The notes below the pieces were generated by a model. That model ran no database searches, was not told where the DNA came from, and saw nothing but the letters and a program-made list of their open reading frames with translations. Source: a virus (Duplodnaviria; Caudoviricetes). From it: a DNA stretch of 55,913 nucleotides. Location: positions 1 to 55,913 of the IMG/VR virus record IMGVR_UViG_3300020045_004009; one strand, 5' to 3'. The translations under genes were made by a program, and so were the position numbers. Positions 31,001 to 39,779 of this stretch are shown in pieces. How positions within the stretch are numbered: position 1 is the first letter of the stretch; each line of letters opens with the position of its first letter.

Positions 31001-31067
31001 GAAAGAGAAGTGACAGCAACTTAAGGGCTTAATATAAAGCGTAGACACGCTGGAGCCCTCTTTTTTT
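31001..31067 (+). ncRNA. Putative small structured RNA
   Basis: Follows promoter 30976; AGGGCT..AGCCCT stem encloses AGCGT-AGAC-ACGCT hairpin; ends in T7; no ORF. Confidence 0.45.
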
Positions 31068-31091
31068 GGCTCATATTTGAAAGGGTTTAAT

Positions 31092-31604
31092 ATGAAGAAA
31101 ATTATTTTAATTAATGGTTCTGGTGGGGTTGGAAAAGATACATTCATAGATCTTTGTGGGCATTACACTCTGACTAAAAATATATCAACCGTAGATAAAA
31201 TTAAAAAAGCGGCTATGATATTAGGTTGGGATGGTACTAAATCAGAGATAAATAGATTATTCTTATCAAATTTAAAATTACTATCGGTAAAATATTTAAA
31301 TCATTCGTACAACTATGTAAAAGAGCAAATTGAATTATTCGAAAATGAATTTTCGCCGTATAATGTTCTTTTTATACACGTACGAGAACCAGATGAACTA
31401 CATAGATTTTCACATGAATTTAATGCTCACACGTTACTGATACGTAATAAAAATATACCGATTATTACGACAAATATGGCAGATAAAAATGTTGATAATT
31501 ATTTATATGACTTTATTATTGATAATGATGAAGGCCTTCATGAGTTTAAAGTGAAAGCTAAGAATTTTGTTGAGCTTTTAAAGAAATACCCATCGCAAGA
31601 TTAA
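31092..31604 (+). CDS. P-loop nucleotide (dNMP-like) kinase
   Basis: INGSGGVGKDT Walker A; HVREPDE; YDFIIDND. Confidence 0.7.
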   Translation: MKKIILINGSGGVGKDTFIDLCGHYTLTKNISTVDKIKKAAMILGWDGTKSEINRLFLSNLKLLSVKYLNHSYNYVKEQIELFENEFSPYNVLFIHVREPDELHRFSHEFNAHTLLIRNKNIPIITTNMADKNVDNYLYDFIIDNDEGLHEFKVKAKNFVELLKKYPSQD

Positions 31605-31646
31605 CATAGCCTCTAATAGAATAATCACTTGAAAGGGGAGATTGCC

Positions 31647-31823
31647 ATGAAGATTAGTGAAATGATAATATCAGCAGTACTTAAAAAGGGTATACTGTAC
31701 GAGGCACGTGACTGCGATTTGGAATTTGAGGTTCCATTTGCAGAAACGCCAGAAGAAGGCCCAAAAGCAGTGTTGATAAGATGTAAAATCGATCATATGA
31801 CAATCAAAATAGAAAAGGATTAA
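31647..31823 (+). CDS. Hypothetical small protein
   Basis: Promoter at 31593, GGGGAG RBS, terminator 31833-31863. Confidence 0.55.
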   Translation: MKISEMIISAVLKKGILYEARDCDLEFEVPFAETPEEGPKAVLIRCKIDHMTIKIEKD

Positions 31824-31916
31824 ATGAAATAAAAGGCGTTAAGAAAACTTAGCGTCTTTTTTTCGCAGGGAATAAGTATTATTCATAACAAATGAAAGTT
31901 TGAGAGGAGTATATAA

Positions 31917-32183
31917 ATGAAAGATATTAATACTAACACTATTGGTTTATTTTGTAATACCTTAAATGCAAAAGAAGGACAATACCGACATTTAAAAAAT
32001 AGAACGCAACAAGATGAGGATATGGAACTAATACTTAGATTAACTCAAGAAAAGATATGGTCTCTATGGTGGGCGTTAAAAGAAAGTGGTAATATTAAAA
32101 CTTGTGACGGTTGTGGTTTTGAGTATTATGATATACATAATATATTATGTCCAATATGTGCAAGATCGAATTCGCCAGAATAA
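31917..32183 (+). CDS. Zn-ribbon protein
   Basis: CDGC...CPIC. Confidence 0.55.
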   Translation: MKDINTNTIGLFCNTLNAKEGQYRHLKNRTQQDEDMELILRLTQEKIWSLWWALKESGNIKTCDGCGFEYYDIHNILCPICARSNSPE

Positions 32184-32219
32184 CAACCCCTCTAATAGAA
32201 TAAATCTTAGGAGGGTATT

Positions 32220-32396
32220 ATGGATAACGATAAAAAGTGTGTCATATTATTTGAAGATTTCTATTCAAAAAATAAGAAAGGCCGAAGTATACATAACAAT
32301 ATTATAACTTGTACATACGAAGAAGCTCTTGCAATCTATAAGGAATTAAAGATGGATATTTGCTACTTCAACGTACAGCTTAGAAAGTTATGTTAG
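32220..32396 (+). CDS. 58-aa hypothetical protein
   Basis: Promoter 32172, AGGAGG RBS, followed by a UUCG-loop terminator. Confidence 0.55.
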   Translation: MDNDKKCVILFEDFYSKNKKGRSIHNNIITCTYEEALAIYKELKMDICYFNVQLRKLC

Positions 32397-32417
32397 AAGC
32401 TTCGGCTTCTTTCTTTT
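32395..32417 (+). terminator. Terminator with C(UUCG)G tetraloop
   Basis: AGAAGC-TTCG-GCTTCT-TTCTTTT. Confidence 0.8.
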
Positions 32418-32445
32418 GTCTCGCAGAAATTACATGGGCTTTAAT

Positions 32446-32575
32446 GAAAGATAAAATCTGGTTAAAGCAAGCTGTTGAACCGCTTGACGCATAATGCGGA
32501 TTGAATATTGGGTTGGGTTAGTACTGAGGGAAAACCACGTAAGTCGTTCGACGCGACAACAATTTCTTTTTTATT
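32446..32575 (+). ncRNA. Putative structured small RNA with T-loop-like hairpin
   Basis: Promoter 32421; CGCA-TAA-TGCG and GTCG-TTCGACG-CGAC hairpins; T-tract end; no ORF. Confidence 0.5.
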
Positions 32576-32608
32576 TTCTCCTCGCAGAAATTACAAGGAC
32601 TATAATGA

Positions 32609-32683
32609 AGAGTAAGCTAGTTTAAAAAAGTAAAACACCTTTCCATGGCGGAGAGGAGAAATCGGTTCGAATCCGTGGGCTCT
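32609..32683 (+). ncRNA. tRNA-like small RNA (non-canonical anticodon arm)
   Basis: 75 nt; D-arm-like TAGTTTAA..GTAAAAC, 7-bp stem CCTTTCC-ATGGC-GGAGAGG, GGTTCGAATCC T-loop, AGAGT/GCTCT end pairing. Confidence 0.65.
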
Positions 32684-32719
32684 TTTTATTTACCTCGCAG
32701 AAATTACAAGGACTATAAT

Positions 32720-32818
32720 GAAGGAGAATGACAGAAATGTTTGGCGAGATGCAGATTAAAAAACCGTAAAGTCGGGGCTGTAGAGAGAAGTTCGATGGGA
32801 ACTTTATTCTTCTTTTTT
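32720..32818 (+). ncRNA. Putative structured small RNA
   Basis: Promoter 32695; ends pair (GAAGGAGAAT/ATTCTTCTTT); ACA-GAAA-TGT and AAGTTC-GATGG-GAACTT hairpins. Confidence 0.5.
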
Positions 32819-32875
32819 ATTTCGCCAAATTAACATAGACCTAAAAATATATTTTTATGAAAGGAGAGATTTAGA

Positions 32876-34111
32876 ATGGACGTCCTTACAGCCGAAAAGA
32901 GACTGCACGAACTAATCAACCTATTAAATGATGCATCTAAAAATTATTACGATAGTCCGCACGACCCCGTAATGAGCGACCTACAATATGATAAATATCT
33001 TAAAGAACTAATCCAGTTAGAAAAAGAAACTGGTATTTGTTTACCACATTCTCCAACTGCAAAAGTTGGTTCGGACGATGAGAATAATAAACTACAACAT
33101 CGCCATCCGGTTCTATCACTAAAATCAACTAAAGAAGAAACCGAGATGATGCATTTTCTTGGAGAGGAAGAAGGTGTACTATCATGGAAAGTAGATGGCG
33201 TTGGGCTAGTATTATATTACGATGATGGTATACTTATCAAAGGCCTAACACGAGGCGATGGCCACTATGGTAAAGATGTAACTAAAAATGTCAGGTTAAT
33301 GCGTGGCGTGCCTAAGACTATTCCTGTAAAAGAACTTACCTTAGTACGAGGAGAAGGCGCTATGTCGCTTAAAGACTTCGAGCAGATTAACAAAACAAAA
33401 GAGGGTGAGAAATTTAGCAATCCTCGTAATCTTGCTAGTGGTCTTATTAATAGCTCAAAAACTACACCATTACTATTAAAACATATGACCTTCATTGCTC
33501 ATACGCCGATATTATTAGATAGTTGGGGATCTCAACTTATTACTCGATATGACCAATTACGATATCTTGACACTTTAGGCTTCATTGTTGTTCCGCATAC
33601 TAGAGTTCTGAATTTTGAGCTACAACATGAGATTGAGAAATATACTAGTCAGATTGATACGTACGAATTTCCTGTGGATGGTCTTGTGTTGGCGTTAGAT
33701 GACATCGGACGTGGTGAGATTTTAGGTACGACAGCTAAGTATCCTAAGCATAGTCTTGCCTTCAAATGGCAGGATATATCGGTCTTGACAACTGTAACGG
33801 GCGTACGATGGAGCGTTAGTAATACTGGGTTAATTACACCAATCGTAACATTCAAACCAGTTACCATCGAGGGCACTATAGTTAAACAAGCTAATCTGCA
33901 TAATCTAAAAGGATTTGAGGAATTAAAGGTTGGTATTGGCGATACTCTCAAGATATATAAGGCTAACAAAATAATACCAGAAGTTGAGGAGAACCTTACC
34001 AGGAGCGGAACTTTAGAATATCCTCAGAGATGTCCAGTGTGTCAAGGCGCGACGACATTAACTATTACACCCAAGACTAAGAAGTTATATTGCTATAATT
34101 GTAGGAGGTAA
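32876..34111 (+). CDS. ligA: NAD+-dependent DNA ligase (compact: adenylation + OB + Zn finger; no HhH/BRCT)
   Basis: YY...P.MSD..YD domain Ia, KxDG (WKVDG), TRGDG, VRGE, NPRN, DGLV, AFK, CPVC. Confidence 0.9.
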   Translation: MDVLTAEKRLHELINLLNDASKNYYDSPHDPVMSDLQYDKYLKELIQLEKETGICLPHSPTAKVGSDDENNKLQHRHPVLSLKSTKEETEMMHFLGEEEGVLSWKVDGVGLVLYYDDGILIKGLTRGDGHYGKDVTKNVRLMRGVPKTIPVKELTLVRGEGAMSLKDFEQINKTKEGEKFSNPRNLASGLINSSKTTPLLLKHMTFIAHTPILLDSWGSQLITRYDQLRYLDTLGFIVVPHTRVLNFELQHEIEKYTSQIDTYEFPVDGLVLALDDIGRGEILGTTAKYPKHSLAFKWQDISVLTTVTGVRWSVSNTGLITPIVTFKPVTIEGTIVKQANLHNLKGFEELKVGIGDTLKIYKANKIIPEVEENLTRSGTLEYPQRCPVCQGATTLTITPKTKKLYCYNCRR

Positions 34112-34278
34112 ATATGAAAGGAATTACAAAAAGCGAGTTACTTGAGTTGGTTTCTACACGAAAAGATGATGTTATTTTGAGTATAGAAATGGAAAAGATA
34201 TTTGAGACACACGGTAAAGATTATTACTTTAATCGCGAAACAAATCAATTTGAATCCTCAGAATCTTAGGAGGTAAAT

Positions 34279-34536
34279 ATGAAAGTAACATTACTTGATG
34301 CAACAAACGATATAATTAATGATAGTCGATACGAGGTCGCTTACGAGTTTTCGCATGATATTTATGAGGAATGTTTAATCGTTACAATTATATTTGAAAA
34401 ATGCGATTTTTATTACCGCCGCCGCATCGAAGAAGTTGAACTGTATAATATTCACATAGATAATCCATTAGATTATTTTATTATTATGTGTATGGGAGAA
34501 ATGGATAGACTTGTGGCGGAGAAGTTCGCAGTTTAA
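34279..34536 (+). CDS. Hypothetical protein
   Basis: AGGAGG RBS. Confidence 0.5.
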   Translation: MKVTLLDATNDIINDSRYEVAYEFSHDIYEECLIVTIIFEKCDFYYRRRIEEVELYNIHIDNPLDYFIIMCMGEMDRLVAEKFAV

Positions 34537-34577
34537 ACAGAGACTATAATAGAATAAAATTTGAGAGGAGATCTATT

Positions 34578-34688
34578 ATGAAAATTAGTAAAAGTGACAG
34601 TATTATGATTGCAGGATATGTATTATTTATGGCAGGAGCAATTACAGTTACGACTATACAGTATTTAATTAATAATATAAAATCTTAA
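34578..34688 (+). CDS. 36-aa membrane peptide
   Basis: MKISKSDSIMIAGYVLFMAGAITVTTIQYLINNIKS; promoter 34526; GAGGAG RBS. Confidence 0.6.
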   Translation: MKISKSDSIMIAGYVLFMAGAITVTTIQYLINNIKS

Positions 34689-34762
34689 ATTTATGAGAAA
34701 TAGGGAGGAAGCTGAATAGGCTTCTTTCTTTATCTCGCAGAAATAACAAGGGCTATAATGAA

Positions 34763-34834
34763 AGAGATGGACTGCTATCTAAAGAAAAATAGTCGAAAGA
34801 TTATGAGTAGTGGGTTCAAGCCCCACACATCTCT
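34763..34834 (+). ncRNA. tRNA-like small RNA with a GAAA tetraloop replacing the anticodon loop
   Basis: 72 nt; 7-bp AGAGATG/CATCTCT acceptor-like stem; T-arm GTGGG-TTCAAGC-CCCAC; central ATAGTC-GAAA-GATTAT hairpin; promoter 34735; T-tract. Confidence 0.7.
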
Positions 34835-34869
34835 TTTTTTATTTCTAAATTTGAAAGGAGAAATCACCA

Positions 34870-35025
34870 ATGAAAAAAGAAACACTGAAAAATAAACTTG
34901 CAGGTTTAGTCTTATTGTTATTAGGAATCGGCTCTATTTTTATCGACGGGGACGCTACGATCTTTGTGATTTTAGCGATCATCTCCGTGTACTTATTTAT
35001 CGCACCATACAATATGATTGAATAG
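34870..35025 (+). CDS. 51-aa two-TM membrane protein
   Basis: GAAAGGAG RBS; two hydrophobic helices. Confidence 0.6.
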   Translation: MKKETLKNKLAGLVLLLLGIGSIFIDGDATIFVILAIISVYLFIAPYNMIE

Positions 35026-35474
35026 TTGAGAGGAGAAATCACTATGACTAAGAAGGAGTTTGATAATCTTAAATTTGGCGATCCAGTTTATATGCAAGTG
35101 GATTCGTGGGGCAATAAAGGTGCATGTGGACTTGTGGTGAAACATATAAAACAGTTCCAGCCGTACGTACGATCTTCGAGGGGCAAGAACCATGCGAGTA
35201 TCATTATAAGCATTTAGCAGTAGCGACAAAAACAAATAAAAGTAGGCTTCGACGTACAGTTCTATATGTCTTTGTATTTTTAATTGATGTAGATACCCAC
35301 GACATCTCGACGCCTATGGAAAAACGTTTTGTTATTGCTGAGAATAGCGAAAAAGCGACACATAAACTTTTATCTTTATATAAAACTCGCTATTCTCAAA
35401 AACATATGTCAATCGTGTGTACTCAAACACTTAACATACTCGATGGTATAATCTTATAAAAGGAGAAAATCACT

Positions 35475-35789
35475 ATGAGTGAGTTTGTAGTAATAAAAGA
35501 AAATTGTTATCTATATTCGTTATGGCGTGGGCAATGTAGCGTCCAGAAAGGTGATGTTAAACAAAATTGTCTTAGTGGTATCGTTATATTTTCTTTTAAT
35601 CCTCATTATTTATGGTGTGCGGAAGAACCGAAAATTGTATATAACGCTACTGTATGGCTGGAAGCGCGTGACGACGAATTAGCTAAATCTATTCTCATAG
35701 AATATGAAGAACGACAAATTTTAAAGTTAGAAAAAAAGTTAGAAAATCATCATAAAAAAATAAAAATATTAGAAGGCGGTGTTGGTTAA
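35475..35789 (+). CDS. Hypothetical protein
   Basis: AAGGAG RBS; coupled to the next gene. Confidence 0.55.
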   Translation: MSEFVVIKENCYLYSLWRGQCSVQKGDVKQNCLSGIVIFSFNPHYLWCAEEPKIVYNATVWLEARDDELAKSILIEYEERQILKLEKKLENHHKKIKILEGGVG

Positions 35790-36556
35790 TGGATTTACAA
35801 GAAATCTGGAAAACACTAAAATGGACAGCCTCAAAAAATAGTCCAACCATTCTTACTGGGATGGCGGTAGCTGGACTAATAACGACTACGATTCTAGCGG
35901 TAAAGGCTACCCCAAAAGCCTTAACATTAATGTATCAAGAAGAAGAAATAAGAAGAGAGGAATCAGACGATGGAGATTTTGATAATCTCACAAAAATTGA
36001 TGTCATTAGGCTTACCTGGAGATGTTATATCCCAGCTCTTGCAGTCGGTGGAGCAACTATTCTCTGCGTCATTGGCTCCAATTCTATCAGCCTTCGACGA
36101 AATGCTGCACTTGCTAGCGTCTATTCCATCACCGAAACCGCCTTCAAAGAATATAAATCAAAAGTGGTCGAGACAATTGGAAAAAATAAAGAATTGTCAA
36201 TACGCGATGAGGTCACGTCAGACCGTATTAAGAAGCACCCATCGGCCACAAGCGAGGTAATTTTTACTGGTAAGGGTGACGTACTATGCTATGATCCCTT
36301 GTCCGGACGATATTTTAAGAACGACATCGAGAAAATCAGACGAGCTATCAATGACATTAACCATAATCTTCGGTCTGAGATGTTTCTCACAGTCAATGAT
36401 TTGTATGATGCTATCGGCCTGACCAACACCAAACTCGGATACGACCTTGGTTGGGATGTAGATACTGGTCTTGACGTGACATTCAGCTCGCAGTTGACCG
36501 AAGACGGTACGCCATGTCTAGTTCTTAATTATGACGTAATGCCTAAGTTTTCGTAA
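35789..36556 (+). CDS. Conserved phage protein (DUF6353-like), paralog of 43103
   Basis: SPTILTG..G...T.ILA.KAT, RRNAALAS.Y, LGWD pattern. Confidence 0.7.
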   Translation: MDLQEIWKTLKWTASKNSPTILTGMAVAGLITTTILAVKATPKALTLMYQEEEIRREESDDGDFDNLTKIDVIRLTWRCYIPALAVGGATILCVIGSNSISLRRNAALASVYSITETAFKEYKSKVVETIGKNKELSIRDEVTSDRIKKHPSATSEVIFTGKGDVLCYDPLSGRYFKNDIEKIRRAINDINHNLRSEMFLTVNDLYDAIGLTNTKLGYDLGWDVDTGLDVTFSSQLTEDGTPCLVLNYDVMPKFS

Positions 36557-36776
36557 GGTACGATATTATCAATCTTAGATGGAGGGAAATTACGATGAGT
36601 TTTTGGGATGATTATAATTTTGAACGTAATAAATTAACAATACTACCCGATGCAGATGCGGATTTTGAAGCATTGGCAAAAACATATGAGAAGAATCCAA
36701 GCGGTTATAATAAAACGATTATAAACTATAAACCAGAGAAAGTAAGTGATGACTAAATTTTATTGGAGGTATATTT

Positions 36777-37016
36777 ATGTTTATAATCGTTGAGGGCGGA
36801 CGTAAAGCTATCAATATTGATCTGGTTAACGAATTAGAGATTGTAGATCATTCCGGGATGTATTCTCTCGAGATGACATTGAAGGGTGATCCAAAAAAAT
36901 CGGAAGTATTATGTTTTGGATATGATTTAGAAAATCTAAAGAAATTATTAGAAGCAATAATCACAACCTCCGAACATGCTTTTATCTTAAAGAAAGGAAT
37001 AGAGGTATATTTATGA
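36777..37016 (+). CDS. Hypothetical protein
   Basis: GGAGG RBS. Confidence 0.5.
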   Translation: MFIIVEGGRKAINIDLVNELEIVDHSGMYSLEMTLKGDPKKSEVLCFGYDLENLKKLLEAIITTSEHAFILKKGIEVYL

Positions 37017-37551
37017 GAGAACCACTACCAGAAGCGATCGTTAATACAGCTACATTTAAAGATATAATGGGCCCTTGGTTTAATGCGGATCTATGTGAGT
37101 GGTTATGGGAAAACGGATTTTTTACTGCCCCCCCGCTAGTAAAAGTCACCATGGAAATGATCTTGGCGGATTATTTGCGCATAGTTTAAAAGTCACAGAA
37201 ACACTGGTTACGTTTACTAAAGATAATAAGCTTGTCTGGCAGAAGAGGGAATCTCCATATATTGTTGGAATGTTTCATGACCTATGTAAAATCGATATGT
37301 ATAGGTTTGAAGGAGATACGATAGTATATAACGAGTCACCCCAATTTCCTGGTCATGGTGACGCCTCCATTATGATATTAGCCGGAAAAATGTGTCTTAC
37401 ACATGAAGAAATAGCCTGTATCAGATGGCATATGGGAGCTTTTGACGATAAGGCTAACTGGAAATATTATTCTGCGGCTGTAAAAAATTACCCAAATGTG
37501 TTATGGACTCATACGGCCGATATGTATGCATCAAATGTATTAGATATTTAA
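37013..37551 (+). pseudogene. HD-domain phosphohydrolase split by a frameshift in a C7 run
   Basis: Frame 1 from ATG 37013 ends ..GFFTAP; frame 2 continues ASKSHHG..GGL..HS..FHDLCK..GHG..RWHMG..HTAD. Confidence 0.75.
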
Positions 37552-37720
37552 TAACAAAACTTAATATGAAAGGGAATAAATGTTATGCCTTATTCTTATA
37601 GTGCACCTAGTTTTAAATATATGGATAACTTCTCAAGTAAAATTAATCTCAGATCCACCCAGAAAAAACGTCGCAAATTCCAGCGAAAATCTGGTAGATG
37701 AAAGGAATAGAGGTATATTT

Positions 37721-38062
37721 ATGAGAGATCGTTGCGACCGCAAATTACAGGAAAATAAAAGTATTATTGTGCGTACACGTAAAGGTAATACAGTAGGATG
37801 TTATCATTTTATTACTTATGGCCGAAATGCAAATAATTTACCTAAGGCATGCCAACATTATGCTTCATTTGATAAAGCTGCTGAAAGGATCGAAATTGGC
37901 TGGAATGTTGGAGGCGATGTCTTTGTGAATCTTTACGAGGTTCATCCTAACGGGTTTACCATTTGTGAGAGTGTGATATTTGACAAAAAATATGTGACCG
38001 CCATTGAAATTGAGACCGACTTTGATAATTTACGAGAGAAAGGAGATCGTCTATGCGAATAA
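37721..38062 (+). CDS. Hypothetical protein
   Basis: ATG 37721 lies within the duplicated RBS block. Confidence 0.5.
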   Translation: MRDRCDRKLQENKSIIVRTRKGNTVGCYHFITYGRNANNLPKACQHYASFDKAAERIEIGWNVGGDVFVNLYEVHPNGFTICESVIFDKKYVTAIEIETDFDNLREKGDRLCE

Positions 38063-38222
38063 TCACATTAACCGAGGCATTAGATAAAGAAAATATGACT
38101 GGTATATTTGTCTGTGATGATGCGACCCGAACCGTTAAAGCCGTAAGTGCTGCGTCAATCTCAGACTTATCGAAACAAAACATAACAATCATTGAATTAG
38201 GGATGCATACAAGGAGAATGTT

Positions 38223-38507
38223 ATGAATCTTGATGAGTTGAAAGCAACATTAGATACGGAAGCACAAAAACGTAATCGTACGCAAGAAAATACTATAAAA
38301 GAATTACAGGCGCAGATCTCAAATTTACACACCCAGTTACATGTGAAGAGAGAAAAAGAAGAACAACACGCCAACATAATCAGAGCTCTTCAAAATCGTT
38401 GTTGGATGCAGTCGAGAGGACAAATATGTGATTTTTGTGTAATTGGACATTCTGATTGCGGAATAGGATGTGCACAAAAAATAGTTAATTCAATTACAGG
38501 ATTTTAA
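38223..38507 (+). CDS. Coiled-coil protein with Cys-rich C-terminus
   Basis: AAGGAG RBS; heptad pattern; C..CDFC..C..C. Confidence 0.55.
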   Translation: MNLDELKATLDTEAQKRNRTQENTIKELQAQISNLHTQLHVKREKEEQHANIIRALQNRCWMQSRGQICDFCVIGHSDCGIGCAQKIVNSITGF

Positions 38508-38573
38508 TCTCGCAGAAAAAACACGGTCTCTAATAGAAGACTAACAAAATTATTTTTGAAAGGGGATTTTAAA

Positions 38574-38780
38574 ATGAAGGAATTTTTAAAGACAAATAAG
38601 AAAAAGATTATTAAAGGGGTTATCATCGTTGGAGGAGTAGCTGTTGGCGCAGGAATTATATACCTGATAGCAAAAGGCAACACCACTACCGAGAAAATCT
38701 TGGAAATAGTTGAATCACCAGTTGATGCAATTATTGACATGGCAGAAGCCACCGACGGAATAACAGCAGTAGAATTCTAA
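38574..38780 (+). CDS. Small membrane-anchored protein
   Basis: Promoter 38510; one TM; terminator 38787-38822. Confidence 0.6.
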   Translation: MKEFLKTNKKKIIKGVIIVGGVAVGAGIIYLIAKGNTTTEKILEIVESPVDAIIDMAEATDGITAVEF

Positions 38781-38786
38781 AAAGGA

Positions 38787-38822
38787 AAGGGTATTAAGGA
38801 AACTTAGTGCCCTTATTTTTTG
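38787..38822 (+). terminator. Rho-independent terminator
   Basis: AAGGGTATTAAG-GAAA-CTTAGTGCCCTT-ATTTTTT. Confidence 0.8.
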
Positions 38823-38838
38823 CGCGAAGGAGAAAATA

Positions 38839-39402
38839 ATGAGTCTTTACCTAATAAAGAAAAGATTCTATATTATAACATTTCTTACAGTTGTAATGAT
38901 GATGGTGTATATTAATGTGAACTTTGATGATGTACCAATTGAGGTCATCGAGCCTGTGTATATAGTCACATATTTACCAGCGCCTATTATTGTGGAGGAC
39001 GAATATGAAGTGCCCCCTCGTTATGGCTTCACTGAGGATGAGGTGTATTTACTAGCCCAGTTATTGTGTGGCGATAAGGAGCGGGATGGTGATGGTGAAT
39101 ACGATATTGACTATCAAAAGGATACAAATTATTATGAGGTAAGTAAAGTATTGAATGTCGTCATGAATAGAGTCGAGTCTTGCCACTTTCCTAACACCGT
39201 GACGGAAGTAGTTATGCAAGAAAGACAATTTGTGGTTATGCCATGCAACGCAAATAAGATACCATCTGAGAAAGCATTAAAGATTGTCCAAGACTGGTGT
39301 GACGCTTACGATGAGTCAAATTTATGGACTCAAAGTATACCCCCAACTCATTTATTTTATCATGGAGATGGTGAGACGAATATTACTAGGGAAGCGTTTT
39401 AA
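38839..39402 (+). CDS. SleB/Hydrolase_2-like cell wall hydrolase with N-terminal TM
   Basis: LLAQLL..., VLNVVMNRVES..FPNTVTEVVMQ..QF, LFY. Confidence 0.75.
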   Translation: MSLYLIKKRFYIITFLTVVMMMVYINVNFDDVPIEVIEPVYIVTYLPAPIIVEDEYEVPPRYGFTEDEVYLLAQLLCGDKERDGDGEYDIDYQKDTNYYEVSKVLNVVMNRVESCHFPNTVTEVVMQERQFVVMPCNANKIPSEKALKIVQDWCDAYDESNLWTQSIPPTHLFYHGDGETNITREAF

Positions 39403-39435
39403 GAATACATATATATTGAAAGGGGCCACTAAAAT

Positions 39436-39723
39436 ATGAGCACAGTTGATGTTATATCTATTGTAATGAAGATAAGAAGGGAGTTTGAACAGCAACTGAA
39501 AATATCATATGATGTTGTTGTGACGCCTGCTGAACAGAAAAAGTTCTCATTATTAGCACTTCAAAACGCATTAATACGAGGAAGAATAGACACTATTTAC
39601 CGATTTATACACGCCACTGATAAGGATATACTATCATTAAGATGTGTCGGTAAGGTAAAAGCGGAAATTCTTATTAGAATACGCGATCATATGGCTTTTA
39701 ATAAAGCACTTGGACATCTTTAA
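39436..39723 (+). CDS. RNA polymerase alpha-CTD-like (HhH) protein
   Basis: NALIRGRIDTIYRFIHATDKDILSLRCVGKVKAEIL resembles the alpha-CTD consensus. Confidence 0.5.
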   Translation: MSTVDVISIVMKIRREFEQQLKISYDVVVTPAEQKKFSLLALQNALIRGRIDTIYRFIHATDKDILSLRCVGKVKAEILIRIRDHMAFNKALGHL

Positions 39724-39779
39724 AACTCGCCAAAAAAACAGTCACTCTAATAGAATAAATCGTTGGAAGGAGACTAAAA

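Noticed and set aside
32609-32683. Canonical tRNA-Pro(TGG)
   Set aside because: No U33 or purine-37, weak acceptor and T stems, no CCA; kept only as tRNA-like
32421-32845. CRISPR array
   Set aside because: Repeats are degenerate, non-palindromic, promoter-like and dispersed across the genome; intervening segments are long and variable; no cas operon (53651 is a stand-alone phage exonuclease)
35044-35459. Possible frameshifted single gene across two overlapping ORFs
   Set aside because: No recognisable motif or slippery site to decide without homologs
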